This document shows, one piece after another, positions 8,463-16,638 of a DNA stretch of 25,844 nucleotides. The stretch is from a virus. Taxonomy: Duplodnaviria > Caudoviricetes. Position 1 is the first letter of the stretch, and every line of letters starts with the position of its first letter. The position numbers and the translations under genes were made by a program. The notes under the pieces are model-generated. The model was not told where the DNA came from and made no database searches. It saw only the letters and a list, made by a program, of their open reading frames with translations. Location of the stretch: the IMG/VR virus record IMGVR_UViG_3300027863_000160, positions 1 to 25,844 of that record. One strand, written 5' to 3'.

Positions 8463-8713
8463 TGGTGAAAAAGAAGAAAAAAGAAGATATTCAGGTAGAG
8501 ACAGCAGAGAGAAAAGAGCCATTAACAGAAGTTAAAAAAGTGAGACGCTTTAAGAAAAGACCCGACATTGCTTGGTTGCATCTTAATGGCAGGACGATTA
8601 CAGAAGATATGATACTTGAGGGCGAAGAGTGGGCACAGTATTGCCCTGAATATCTTATTGAAATTCTTGAAGAAAGTGCGGTTAAGCCATTAGAATTCAA
8701 AAAAGAGAAATAA
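8459..8713 (+). CDS. Hypothetical protein (head module)
   Basis: 84 aa; start overlaps the previous stop (GTGA, alternative ATG at 8462); GAGGT upstream. Confidence 0.65.
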   Translation: MMVKKKKKEDIQVETAERKEPLTEVKKVRRFKKRPDIAWLHLNGRTITEDMILEGEEWAQYCPEYLIEILEESAVKPLEFKKEK

Positions 8714-8735
8714 AAAAACTAAAAAGGAGGAAGCA

Positions 8736-8774
8736 ATGCCTAAAAAGGCGAAGAAAACAAAGAAAGCAAAATAA
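8736..8774 (+). CDS. 12-aa Lys-rich micropeptide MPKKAKKTKKAK
   Basis: AAGGAGG at 8724-8730, 5 nt before ATG 8736; stop TAA 8772-8774; below the ORF track's size cut-off. Confidence 0.5.
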   Translation: MPKKAKKTKKAK

Positions 8775-8801
8775 CGGAAATAAAATTTTTCAGGTCGTCA
8801 G

Positions 8802-8830
8802 TTGATTTTCTTCTTTTTTAATGTTAATTT
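8802..8830 (+). promoter_or_regulatory. Candidate sigma70-type promoter giving a leaderless neck-gene transcript
   Basis: TTGATT (8802-8807), 17 nt, TAATTT (8825-8830) with TG at 8822-8823. ATG 8837 lies 6 nt downstream and has no SD. Confidence 0.45.
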
Positions 8831-8836
8831 ATTTAT

Positions 8837-9589
8837 ATGCCGACTATAAGTGAACTTAAAGATTATGTTCGTCGGAAGTTAGGAGACACAATCATACAGG
8901 TTGAACTTGATGATGCTCATTTACAGGATGTTGTTGAGGATACTTTGATTTGGTTTAGTGGACGGCGTGGAATTCATAGTATAGCGAGATTAGAATTGAG
9001 TTCCGAGCAGACAGAGTATCCTCTCCCGCCTGATGTTTTAAGAGTAGTTCAAGTATATTTTTTTACAAGAGATATTCTTTTTAAGGATGAGTTTGGTTTC
9101 ACATTTGGAGTTCCGTATTTAGCTGCTGGAATGCATCCTGGCACTCCTATAATGTTTCAACCATCAAGGTTTAGTTATAGTTCGTTAATTCAGTGGTTGC
9201 AACATATAGAGACGATGAGGCGGGTTTTAGGGATTGAATTGAACTGGGATTATGATGAGGATAGAAATGTGCTTTATATTTACCCGTTAGGACAGCAGAG
9301 TTCACCTTTTTGTTTCTACGAGTATCATGTAAAATTAACGGAAGAAAATTTTGATGTATATATGAGCAGGCGTCCATTTGAGTATGATTTGGTGAGGAAA
9401 TATGCGGTAGCGAGTGCAAAAGAAACATTAGGACATATTAGAAGAAAATATGGAAATATTCCGACAGCAAGTGGTGAACTTTCTCTTGATGGAGACCCAT
9501 TGTTGTCGGAAGCAAGGGAAGAAAAAGAGAAACTTGAGGAAATAATGAAAGAACTTGCGATTCGTGATATGGGATTCTTAATAGGATGA
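8837..9589 (+). CDS. Neck/head completion protein, T4 gp13-like
   Basis: N-terminal LKDYVRRKLGDTIIQVELDD; C-terminal VRKYAVASAKETLGHIRRKY...LDGDPLLSEAREEKEKLEE...GFLIG, as in the gp13 family. Confidence 0.85.
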   Translation: MPTISELKDYVRRKLGDTIIQVELDDAHLQDVVEDTLIWFSGRRGIHSIARLELSSEQTEYPLPPDVLRVVQVYFFTRDILFKDEFGFTFGVPYLAAGMHPGTPIMFQPSRFSYSSLIQWLQHIETMRRVLGIELNWDYDEDRNVLYIYPLGQQSSPFCFYEYHVKLTEENFDVYMSRRPFEYDLVRKYAVASAKETLGHIRRKYGNIPTASGELSLDGDPLLSEAREEKEKLEEIMKELAIRDMGFLIG

Positions 9590-9598
9590 GGTGAAGCG

Positions 9599-10828
9599 AT
9601 GAAGTTTTTGGTGATTGATATAGGAATGGGGTGGGAACATGCTCGGAGGTTAGCGGAGGGCAAACATGATGTTTTTTTGACGATAGCGAGTAATCTTTCG
9701 CCGACGCCTCGTTTCATCAATACTGCGGTTGGGTATGGATTTGAGGGGATAACAAAAACAGATTTTGGCAATCATTTTGACGATGTAGATTGTATTGTTT
9801 TTACGGACATAGGGTTTGGATATTTAATAGATTATTTAAGGAATCAGGGAAAAGTGGTGTTTGGGGCGGGGAGTGAGGGTGAGAAACTTGAAGTTGACAG
9901 GATTTTTGCCAAAAAGGTGTATGATGAGTTGGGGATAAAATACCCTGAAACTTATATTTTTCATGGATTAGACGCTCTTGCTGATTTTTTTGAAACTCAT
10001 GAAGGAAAGTGGGTGTTGAAGGTTAACACTTTTAGAGGGGACATAGAAACGCAGATAATTGAGGAAGTTGAGGAAGCGGACGCTGTTATTACTGGGTTAA
10101 TGCATAAGTTTGGTATTTATGGGACGGAAGATTTTAAATTCATTGTTGAGAAATGTATAGATGGAGTTATGGTCGGGGTAGATACATTTTTTGATGGGAA
10201 TAGTTATGTGCGACCTTTTCATTTTGGGTTAGAGGTTGGGGTTGATGCGATAGGACGATTTCAAGATACTACTATTATGGACGATTTAATGATGAAACTT
10301 GCGAAGCATTTGAAGAAGATAAATTACAGGGGAGCGATTAGTGTTGAAGCGATGTATGACGGGAAGGAATGTTATGCGATTGATATTTGTGCAAGATTCC
10401 CATATCCGCTTTCAATGATATATTGTGAGTTCATAGAGAATTATCCTGATGTGATATTAGGAGTGGCGAAGGGAAGTGCCCCTAACTTGAAATTGAATTG
10501 TGACAGGTATGTTGGTATTCTAAACAGGATGATAGTTGATGAGGAGATGAAATTGTGGATACCTGTGTTTATAGATGAAAGGGAGAATGGAACATATCCG
10601 AGGGTGCGATTTCGCAGGGCTGTTCAGAAAGACGATGTAATCTATATCCCGCCTTATCCTGACAAAGTTGTGATTAGTGTTATGGATACCGCTTCATCAG
10701 TAGATAGCACTTTGAAAAGGTTAGAAGAGAGTATAAAGTGTGTGCGGGCAATAAATACAAGTTCAAACGCCACTTCGGAATTGTATGAAGCGGTGATAAG
10801 CTTAAAAAAGAAAGGAGTTGAGTTTTGA
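9599..10828 (+). CDS. ATP-grasp amide ligase, divergent PurD/GARS-like; substrate unknown
   Basis: MKFLVID start; GKVVFGAGSEGEKLEVDRIFAKKV; WVLK; FIVEKCIDG; YRGAISVE; IDICARFPYP, resembling PurD EfNaRfGdP. The PurD NTGGMG loop is absent. SD GAGGTG. Confidence 0.8.
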   Translation: MKFLVIDIGMGWEHARRLAEGKHDVFLTIASNLSPTPRFINTAVGYGFEGITKTDFGNHFDDVDCIVFTDIGFGYLIDYLRNQGKVVFGAGSEGEKLEVDRIFAKKVYDELGIKYPETYIFHGLDALADFFETHEGKWVLKVNTFRGDIETQIIEEVEEADAVITGLMHKFGIYGTEDFKFIVEKCIDGVMVGVDTFFDGNSYVRPFHFGLEVGVDAIGRFQDTTIMDDLMMKLAKHLKKINYRGAISVEAMYDGKECYAIDICARFPYPLSMIYCEFIENYPDVILGVAKGSAPNLKLNCDRYVGILNRMIVDEEMKLWIPVFIDERENGTYPRVRFRRAVQKDDVIYIPPYPDKVVISVMDTASSVDSTLKRLEESIKCVRAINTSSNATSELYEAVISLKKKGVEF

Positions 10829-11355
10829 TAGGAGTAACGCCGAAAGAAAGGAAGTTCCTTTTAGGAATTTCAAAAGAGTTTATTCAATTATTTGGGATTG
10901 ATGTAGATTTCTACTCAATGGCGGGGGCGGTATCCTTACCAGATACGCAATACCAGAAACAAACTCCGAGTAAGACGGAGGTTGATCCTGTGTATCAAGA
11001 ACCTGCAACAGATTGGAATTTTGTCCCTCAAAAATATACATTGAGAGCATTTATTTCTAAACCTGAAATAAGGTCTGAAAGTGAGGAAGGAGGGATGGCG
11101 AGAGAATATGAAGCCAATGTGACTATTCCTTTAACTATTATAGAAGAGAAGAATTGTCCCTTACCAAAAGAAGGAGATATTTTTTCTTTTCATGGGCGTT
11201 TTTATGAAGTCATTAGTTTTTCACTTGAAGGGTATATAAGCGATAAGAATTCATGGACACATATAGTTTGTAATGTTAAGCATACAACGAGATTTCCAGC
11301 ACAATTCAAGTCAACAATAGACATTAAACCACAATTGAACAATCCGAATGAGTGA
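10825..11355 (+). CDS. Neck/head-tail connector protein, T4 gp14-like
   Basis: TTG start with SD AGGAG. VDPVYQEP and PKEGDIFSFHGRFYEV resemble gp14-family motifs. Near the gp13-like gene. Confidence 0.7.
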   Translation: MIGVTPKERKFLLGISKEFIQLFGIDVDFYSMAGAVSLPDTQYQKQTPSKTEVDPVYQEPATDWNFVPQKYTLRAFISKPEIRSESEEGGMAREYEANVTIPLTIIEEKNCPLPKEGDIFSFHGRFYEVISFSLEGYISDKNSWTHIVCNVKHTTRFPAQFKSTIDIKPQLNNPNE

Positions 11356-11705
11356 GGACTATGGGAAGAGTAAGTAAAGAGGAAGAACTTTTGAAACAAT
11401 TGCTTTTATCCCTTAAAGTTTTTGACATTGAACGGGGCATTGATACTCTTTTTTATGATGAAGTAGCGAGGTGTTTAGGATTTTACTTAACCTATCTCTA
11501 TCTTGATGGCACTATTCAAAGTAAAAGTTTGCTTGATGACAAATTCATTAAATCTTTTGCGGAAGGTGTTATTGAAACGCTTGTGAGTGATAAGAAATTC
11601 ATTGATTCTGTCCGCAGATATATTTTGCGTAACCTTGACAATATACTTGCGGAAAAGTATAATAAAAAAGAAATAAAAAAGAGTGAGGTTGAAGATGGAA
11701 AATAG
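11352..11705 (+). CDS. Hypothetical protein
   Basis: 117 aa; overlaps the gp14 stop; co-oriented operon packing. Confidence 0.65.
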   Translation: MRTMGRVSKEEELLKQLLLSLKVFDIERGIDTLFYDEVARCLGFYLTYLYLDGTIQSKSLLDDKFIKSFAEGVIETLVSDKKFIDSVRRYILRNLDNILAEKYNKKEIKKSEVEDGK

Positions 11706-12069
11706 GAAAATTAAGAAGAAACTTCAGGAAATGCTTGATGCGGTCGGGCAGATTGTTTTTACAGAGGTCACTCCTGCTCAAATTAAGAGGATTATAGATG
11801 ATGTGTTGGCAAGAATAAGTCGTCCTTCATTTAGAGGTTTCATTCCTTATTCATGGAAAAGACACCCTGCCGAAACAGATGTTATCACTCAATCAGAATT
11901 ATATGATATTCTGGTCGGCAACTTGGGGCGGTTTGATATTTTTATCTACAACGAGATAGTCAATCGGCTTGCGGACATGGGAATAAAAGTTATTACTGAC
12001 ATCGGTGGGCATGATAAAGTAAGTTTCAGAAGCGGAATACTTCCAGACATTATTGTTTTAATTAGATAA
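11695..12069 (+). CDS. Hypothetical protein
   Basis: GAGGT SD before ATG 11695 (ORF track starts at GTG 11683); operon packing. Confidence 0.65.
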   Translation: MENRKIKKKLQEMLDAVGQIVFTEVTPAQIKRIIDDVLARISRPSFRGFIPYSWKRHPAETDVITQSELYDILVGNLGRFDIFIYNEIVNRLADMGIKVITDIGGHDKVSFRSGILPDIIVLIR

Positions 12070-12089
12070 CAAAAATGAAGAGGTAAAAA

Positions 12090-12788
12090 ATGGCAATTGA
12101 ATGGGAAAGAGAAGCGGTAATAAAAGAATTAGTTGATGAGTTTGGCGAGGAATACCGAGATGAAATTGAAGAAACACTCTCATTAGACGAGGGAGAGTGG
12201 GCGGATTTTGGGGATAGCGGGTCAGTAGAAATAGATGGTGAGCGTTATACCTTAATCAAAGATGAAGACGAAGCCGAAAGAATAGCAATTGAAGTTGTTA
12301 AAGAAGAATTACAAAATGAACCTGAATCTTTTAATAAAGATTGGTTATCAAATTTTATTTATATTACTGAAACTGATAAGAATATAATACTTGCTGATGA
12401 AGAGTCTTTTTTAAGGGAAGATGCGGAATATGAAGCAGAGCAAGAATTTGAAGATAAGTATTTAGAATTAGACGAAATTGAAGATGAGGAAGAACGAATA
12501 AGACGGAAAGAAGAATTAGATGCTGAAAAGGAAAGATGGATTGAGGAGTATATAAAAGAACGACTGAAAGATTTTGAAAGGGGATTAGAAGACCCTGTCA
12601 ACTATTTTGTTTATGAAGAAGGAATGTATACTTTAGATAACTTATTAAAACAGCCTTGGATACAAATAGATATAGATGAAGCGAGTAGAGATGCAGTTAA
12701 TATAGATGGCTGGGAACATTTTTTGAGTAGATATGATGGGACTTATAATACTACGAAAAATGGATTAGTTTATTTTATAGAGGGATAG
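12090..12788 (+). CDS. Very acidic hypothetical protein (paralogue A)
   Basis: SD GAGGT; 232 aa, about 75 D/E by hand count; aligns end to end with 12792..13490. Confidence 0.8.
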   Translation: MAIEWEREAVIKELVDEFGEEYRDEIEETLSLDEGEWADFGDSGSVEIDGERYTLIKDEDEAERIAIEVVKEELQNEPESFNKDWLSNFIYITETDKNIILADEESFLREDAEYEAEQEFEDKYLELDEIEDEEERIRRKEELDAEKERWIEEYIKERLKDFERGLEDPVNYFVYEEGMYTLDNLLKQPWIQIDIDEASRDAVNIDGWEHFLSRYDGTYNTTKNGLVYFIEG

Positions 12789-12791
12789 GCA

Positions 12792-13490
12792 ATGATAAGA
12801 TGGGATAAAAAAGATATATTAAAGGAGTTATTTGAGGAGTTTAGAGAAGAATTTATTTCTAAAGGGGGTAAGGAGAGGGATCTGAAATGGGAACTTGAAA
12901 ATACTTTGACTTTGCGAGGAGATTGGAGTGAATACGGGCGTTGTGGAAAGTTTCGTGCAATTAAAAAATGGTATCATCTTATCTATAATAGAGATGAGGC
13001 AAAACACATAGCAAGACAGGTGGCAAGGGAGGTTATAGAAGACATATTAAAGACAAATCCAGAATCTTTACCTTTAGAATGGTATGATAAATATATTTAT
13101 GTTGAAGAGGAAACTATTAAAGAGATGGCGGATGAGTTAGAGGAAGAATTAAGGAGAGAATATGGGATTCGTATAGTGCCTTATTACTATATGAGAGGTG
13201 GTTATGAAGATGTGGAGTATGAGGAAGAGGGGGATGTAGAGACATTAGAAGTTGCGATAGACGATTTTTATTATGATATGCGTAATGAACCTGCCACTAC
13301 CCTTCATAGTGATTATGACATGTCAATTAGAGAAATATTAAAACAGCCGTATGTGAAGATAAAGTGGGGTGAGGCGGTTGCTGACTGGGTTGAAGAGAGG
13401 GGTTGGTTAAAAACTCTGGACGCCGTAACTGATTATTATTATCTAACAAAAAATGGTTTAGTGTATTTCCCTGCTAAAAAAGGAGGTTAG
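12792..13490 (+). CDS. Acidic hypothetical protein (paralogue B)
   Basis: 232 aa; shares W....I/LKEL..EF, DEA..IA..V, PES, LKQP and TKNGLVYF with the upstream gene. Confidence 0.8.
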   Translation: MIRWDKKDILKELFEEFREEFISKGGKERDLKWELENTLTLRGDWSEYGRCGKFRAIKKWYHLIYNRDEAKHIARQVAREVIEDILKTNPESLPLEWYDKYIYVEEETIKEMADELEEELRREYGIRIVPYYYMRGGYEDVEYEEEGDVETLEVAIDDFYYDMRNEPATTLHSDYDMSIREILKQPYVKIKWGEAVADWVEERGWLKTLDAVTDYYYLTKNGLVYFPAKKGG

Positions 13491-13494
13491 AAAG

Positions 13495-13857
13495 ATGAGA
13501 AGATTTGACAGATTGGTAAAAAGGTTAGAGAGTATTTTAGAACAATTATCGGTGGAAGAACCCGCACCGAGTTTAGAAGTAGTATCAAAAAGTTTAAATG
13601 ATGCCTCTCAAAATTTTAAACGGGCAATCTGGCAATGGGAAATGCCCGCAGGGAAGGGAATTAGAAAATTTTTAGAGTTTACTGCTGATGGTTTTATAGA
13701 TGGATTATCCGCATTGATAGGATATTTACAGATTCTTGAAGATGAAGCGGGATATTCCCCAGAAGAATTAGGAAAATACTATTCAATTATTGAAAAGATT
13801 GGTCGGGATATAGATAATTTGAATAATGAACTAAAGAAACTAACAAAATACGCATAG
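13495..13857 (+). CDS. Hypothetical protein
   Basis: SD AGGAGG; 120 aa; N-terminus MRRFDRLVKRLESILEQ. Confidence 0.7.
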   Translation: MRRFDRLVKRLESILEQLSVEEPAPSLEVVSKSLNDASQNFKRAIWQWEMPAGKGIRKFLEFTADGFIDGLSALIGYLQILEDEAGYSPEELGKYYSIIEKIGRDIDNLNNELKKLTKYA

Positions 13858-13866
13858 GAGGTTGAA

Positions 13867-14115
13867 ATGCCACTAAAAAAAGGATGTTCAATGGAAGCAT
13901 TTCAGGATAATATCAGACGAATGATTAGAGAAGGGTATCCCAGAAACCAAGCAGTTGCAGCTGCTTATGAGACACTTCGCAGGGCTTGTCTATCTCCTCG
14001 TGAAGCTGAAAGAGCAAAGAGAGAAAGATGGACGCCAAAGGAAATTGTTGGTGAGGAACTTGAAAATTTGCGAGTGATGTGTGAGGCACTGGAATATCTT
14101 GTGAAAGAATTATAA
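13867..14115 (+). CDS. Small phage protein of the MPLKKG...NI...G.P..QAVA type
   Basis: SD AGGAGG; MPLKKGCSMEAFQDNIRRMIREGYPRNQAVAAAY resembles a small uncharacterised protein I recall from many phage genomes. Confidence 0.7.
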   Translation: MPLKKGCSMEAFQDNIRRMIREGYPRNQAVAAAYETLRRACLSPREAERAKRERWTPKEIVGEELENLRVMCEALEYLVKEL

Positions 14116-14134
14116 AAAAGAAAAGAAGTAAAAA

Positions 14135-14419
14135 ATGTTTACGAAAGGGTTAGTTTTAAGTAGAGCAGAGTTTAGAAGTTTGGCTACTGATTTGTTTGAA
14201 GTCCTAAAAACCTATATTGAAGATTTAGAGACTGAAGAAGATGTTGAGAAGCATTTAGAAGTTGAATTTGAAACGCTTTTACAGGAAGAAAATGTAGATA
14301 TGATAGTTGTCATTGAGCAAGATGGTAAAGCAATAGAACTTTACGATAGTCCTGAATTCGTGCGATATTTTAAAAGTATATATGGTAAAAATTTGTTAGA
14401 TATGATAAGAGAAGGATAA
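14135..14419 (+). CDS. Acidic hypothetical protein
   Basis: 94 aa; last + strand gene before the convergent cassette. Confidence 0.65.
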   Translation: MFTKGLVLSRAEFRSLATDLFEVLKTYIEDLETEEDVEKHLEVEFETLLQEENVDMIVVIEQDGKAIELYDSPEFVRYFKSIYGKNLLDMIREG

Positions 14420-14462
14420 AGCATTTTTACGAGAAAATAATGTTAAAATAGTTCTTGGCTGG

Positions 14463-14768
14463 TTAAAAGATAATTTCAAAGAAGAAGTAGTCTTGACAAT
14501 AAGTTATGTGAAAGTTGAGGAATTCAAGGACATCTATGTAGTTTTCAAAGGTCATTGCCTCGCCACAATAACAGCACCATAACGACCATAGAAAATCAAT
14601 TTTTTGATTCTGGATTTTTTCAACAATTTTACGGATTATAGAAGCGGGGACTTTTTGGGGATTATTTATGAAATTACGAATTTTCACTTCTTTGAAGCGT
14701 TTTTCAAGTTTTACTTTTTCTACTTCGGCAAGGATAGGGAATGGAATAATTTTAGCGACTTGTTCCAT
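14463..14768 (-). CDS. Hypothetical protein with a possible Zn-binding motif
   Basis: 101 aa; CCYCG...FHITYC; SD-like GAGGA upstream; overlaps the preceding minus-strand gene. Confidence 0.6.
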   Translation of the reverse strand: MEQVAKIIPFPILAEVEKVKLEKRFKEVKIRNFINNPQKVPASIIRKIVEKIQNQKIDFLWSLWCCYCGEAMTFENYIDVLEFLNFHITYCQDYFFFEIIF

Positions 14769-14958
14769 TCTTTGATTCCTCTTTTTTAATTTTATCTAAT
14801 GTTATCAAAAAGTCTATTATAATTTTATTTCCAGTTAAGAGACCATAACCTATGATATTAACAATTTCAAAAAAAGAAGAAAAATTTAATTCTTTTGCTT
14901 TTCTATTCAGGTCTTCCCAGTCGTCGGTGGTGATAAAGAAAAAATAATTTTCTGGCAT
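14752..14958 (-). CDS. Hypothetical protein
   Basis: 68 aa; start overlaps the upstream stop (TAATG). Confidence 0.55.
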   Translation of the reverse strand: MPENYFFFITTDDWEDLNRKAKELNFSSFFEIVNIIGYGLLTGNKIIIDFLITLDKIKKEESKNGTSR

Positions 14959-15671
14959 TATGCTTTGTTATAATCCTCTAATTTTTGAAGAACATTGTTG
15001 AGGAAGTTAGCAAGGGTATGGTCTTCACCCGCTCTTGTGGATAGAAAGTCAAGGCAGATTAGAGATAATAAATGTCCTCGTTTATCACTTTTAGCAATTT
15101 TTCCCGCAATCTCAAATGCTTTTTCTACTACTTTTATCTGGTCATCTACAAGGACGCAGGTAAATCTTTTCATCTCTTTTACTATTTCACCTTCAACCTC
15201 CTCACTTGCGGTTTGTTCTAAAACAATTTGTTTGGTTTTCAAATCAAGTTTTTCGGCGGTCATACTTGTTGCTTGCTTAACCCATTCATCTAAATTATCT
15301 TTATTTACTACTCTTATCAATGCTCGCACTTTCGTCCAGCCTATATCTTTCAACTTTTCCAGTTCTTTATCCTCAAATTCATTTTTTATAACGAGATGAT
15401 ACCAGACAGAGACAAGATACCGCCCTTTTCTTTCGCCGAACTCAAGTTCTTTATGACAATACTCCTCAAAATCCTCAAATCCCCATTCTTTAAAGTATTC
15501 ATTCTCATAAACTTCATATAGTAACTTTGCCAGTTCAAAATATGAAGATTCTATATTATTTTTAAGGGTAAGAATATCTCGCCTGACCTGTTTTACTCTC
15601 TGCTTATCATATTTTTCAATTTCTGTTTTTTGAGAGACAATTTTATTTTCTTTTTGTTTTTTTGTCATCAT
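14958..15671 (-). CDS. Putative helical DNA-binding phage protein (DUF3102-like)
   Basis: SD GGAGG; pattern SYFELAKLLYEV...YFKEWGFEDFEEYCHKELEFGERKGRYLV...KLKDIGWTK. Family assignment is tentative. Confidence 0.6.
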   Translation of the reverse strand: MMTKKQKENKIVSQKTEIEKYDKQRVKQVRRDILTLKNNIESSYFELAKLLYEVYENEYFKEWGFEDFEEYCHKELEFGERKGRYLVSVWYHLVIKNEFEDKELEKLKDIGWTKVRALIRVVNKDNLDEWVKQATSMTAEKLDLKTKQIVLEQTASEEVEGEIVKEMKRFTCVLVDDQIKVVEKAFEIAGKIAKSDKRGHLLSLICLDFLSTRAGEDHTLANFLNNVLQKLEDYNKA

Positions 15672-15963
15672 CGGTTTCCTCCTTTGTTTTTATTAAATCT
15701 ATATCAAGTCCTAAAATTTCTAAAACTTTATATTTGTTATCAACCATGCGGTTCATCAGGTTTCCTTTTATAGTCACCAGACTTCCCAATTCTATCATCT
15801 TTATTTTCTCTAACAAATCACCATAGAAATTGATTTTTGCGGTAGTTCCTTTCAAGGTTCTAACGACAAGTGAGCAACATTTAAGTCCTGTTTTTGTTGT
15901 TGTTTCTGTCCCTTGTTTTACTACTATCCCTGTCAAAAACACCTCATTTTCATTTATTTCCAT
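15643..15963 (-). CDS. ssb: Single-stranded DNA-binding protein (short OB fold, SSB/PriB-like)
   Basis: NEVFLTGIV...TKTG...INFYGDL...GSLVTIKGNL matches the SSB OB-fold pattern; 106 aa; SD GAGG. Confidence 0.7.
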   Translation of the reverse strand: MEINENEVFLTGIVVKQGTETTTKTGLKCCSLVVRTLKGTTAKINFYGDLLEKIKMIELGSLVTIKGNLMNRMVDNKYKVLEILGLDIDLIKTKEETDDDKKTKRK

Positions 15964-15969
15964 TGTGCC

Positions 15970-16638
15970 TCACTCTTTTTTTGTTAAAATTATCTTATAA
16001 AAATTATTTTTTACAACTCCTGTCTTATAAGTATCAACAAGGTAAGCATTAGCAACAATAAAAGCATCTATTTCGTGAGGAGAAAGATTTTGAATAATTT
16101 GATTTTTCTTAAAAAGAGTAATAATAGTTTTACGGGCTTCATCTTCCGATTTAACACCGCATACAATTGCCCGTCCATGTTGCGGAGTTATTTTTTCAAT
16201 TTTTAGAGGTATAAGAGGAGTTTCAAGACGGGTGATAGTAATTAAACTACCCACTACTTCTGCAATTTGAAAAATGTTTCTACTTTTTACGAAGAAGGGG
16301 TAATTCTCAAAAGTTAATACTATTTGACTGGGATAATGATTTTTAAGAAATTCTTTTAATAATTCTAAAAATTGAGTAATGATTTTAAATCTATAATCCT
16401 GCTGGTCGGGTAAATTGATTTGATGGAATGATATTTGAAAGATAGTGTTTTTCTGGTCATCATAAAAGGGACTTATGTGGTATAACAGGCAGATACCTAT
16501 GTTAAGAAGTCCAGGGTCAACGCCTATAATTAAAGTATCAGGCGCCAGAATTTGCGAGAAAGAGGTTTCTTTTTTTATAAATTCTTCACTTTTTAGTTTT
16601 AACTTTTTATTGCGGGGCATTGTTCCATTACTTCGCAA
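15970..16638 (-). CDS. RuvC-like Holliday junction resolvase
   Basis: RuvC catalytic pattern IIGVDPGLLNIG, LTFEN, IAEVVG, HEIDAFIVA. True start may be ATG 16620. Confidence 0.75.
   Translation of the reverse strand: MRSNGTMPRNKKLKLKSEEFIKKETSFSQILAPDTLIIGVDPGLLNIGICLLYHISPFYDDQKNTIFQISFHQINLPDQQDYRFKIITQFLELLKEFLKNHYPSQIVLTFENYPFFVKSRNIFQIAEVVGSLITITRLETPLIPLKIEKITPQHGRAIVCGVKSEDEARKTIITLFKKNQIIQNLSPHEIDAFIVANAYLVDTYKTGVVKNNFYKIILTKKE

Noticed and set aside
8631-8646. GGGCACAGTATTGCCC as a fourth copy of the palindrome
   Set aside because: One mismatch to the core, lies inside a coding region and is not next to an SD.
9599-10828. Naming the gene purD (purine auxiliary metabolic gene)
   Set aside because: PurD-specific motifs (GGREHA, NTGGMG, RFGDPE) are missing or altered, and the context is structural.
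14420-14462. Intrinsic terminator at the convergence of the two operons
   Set aside because: No convincing GC stem-loop followed by a U-tract on either strand.
14493-14521. TTGACA as a plus-strand promoter
   Set aside because: No acceptable -10 hexamer at 16-18 nt spacing.
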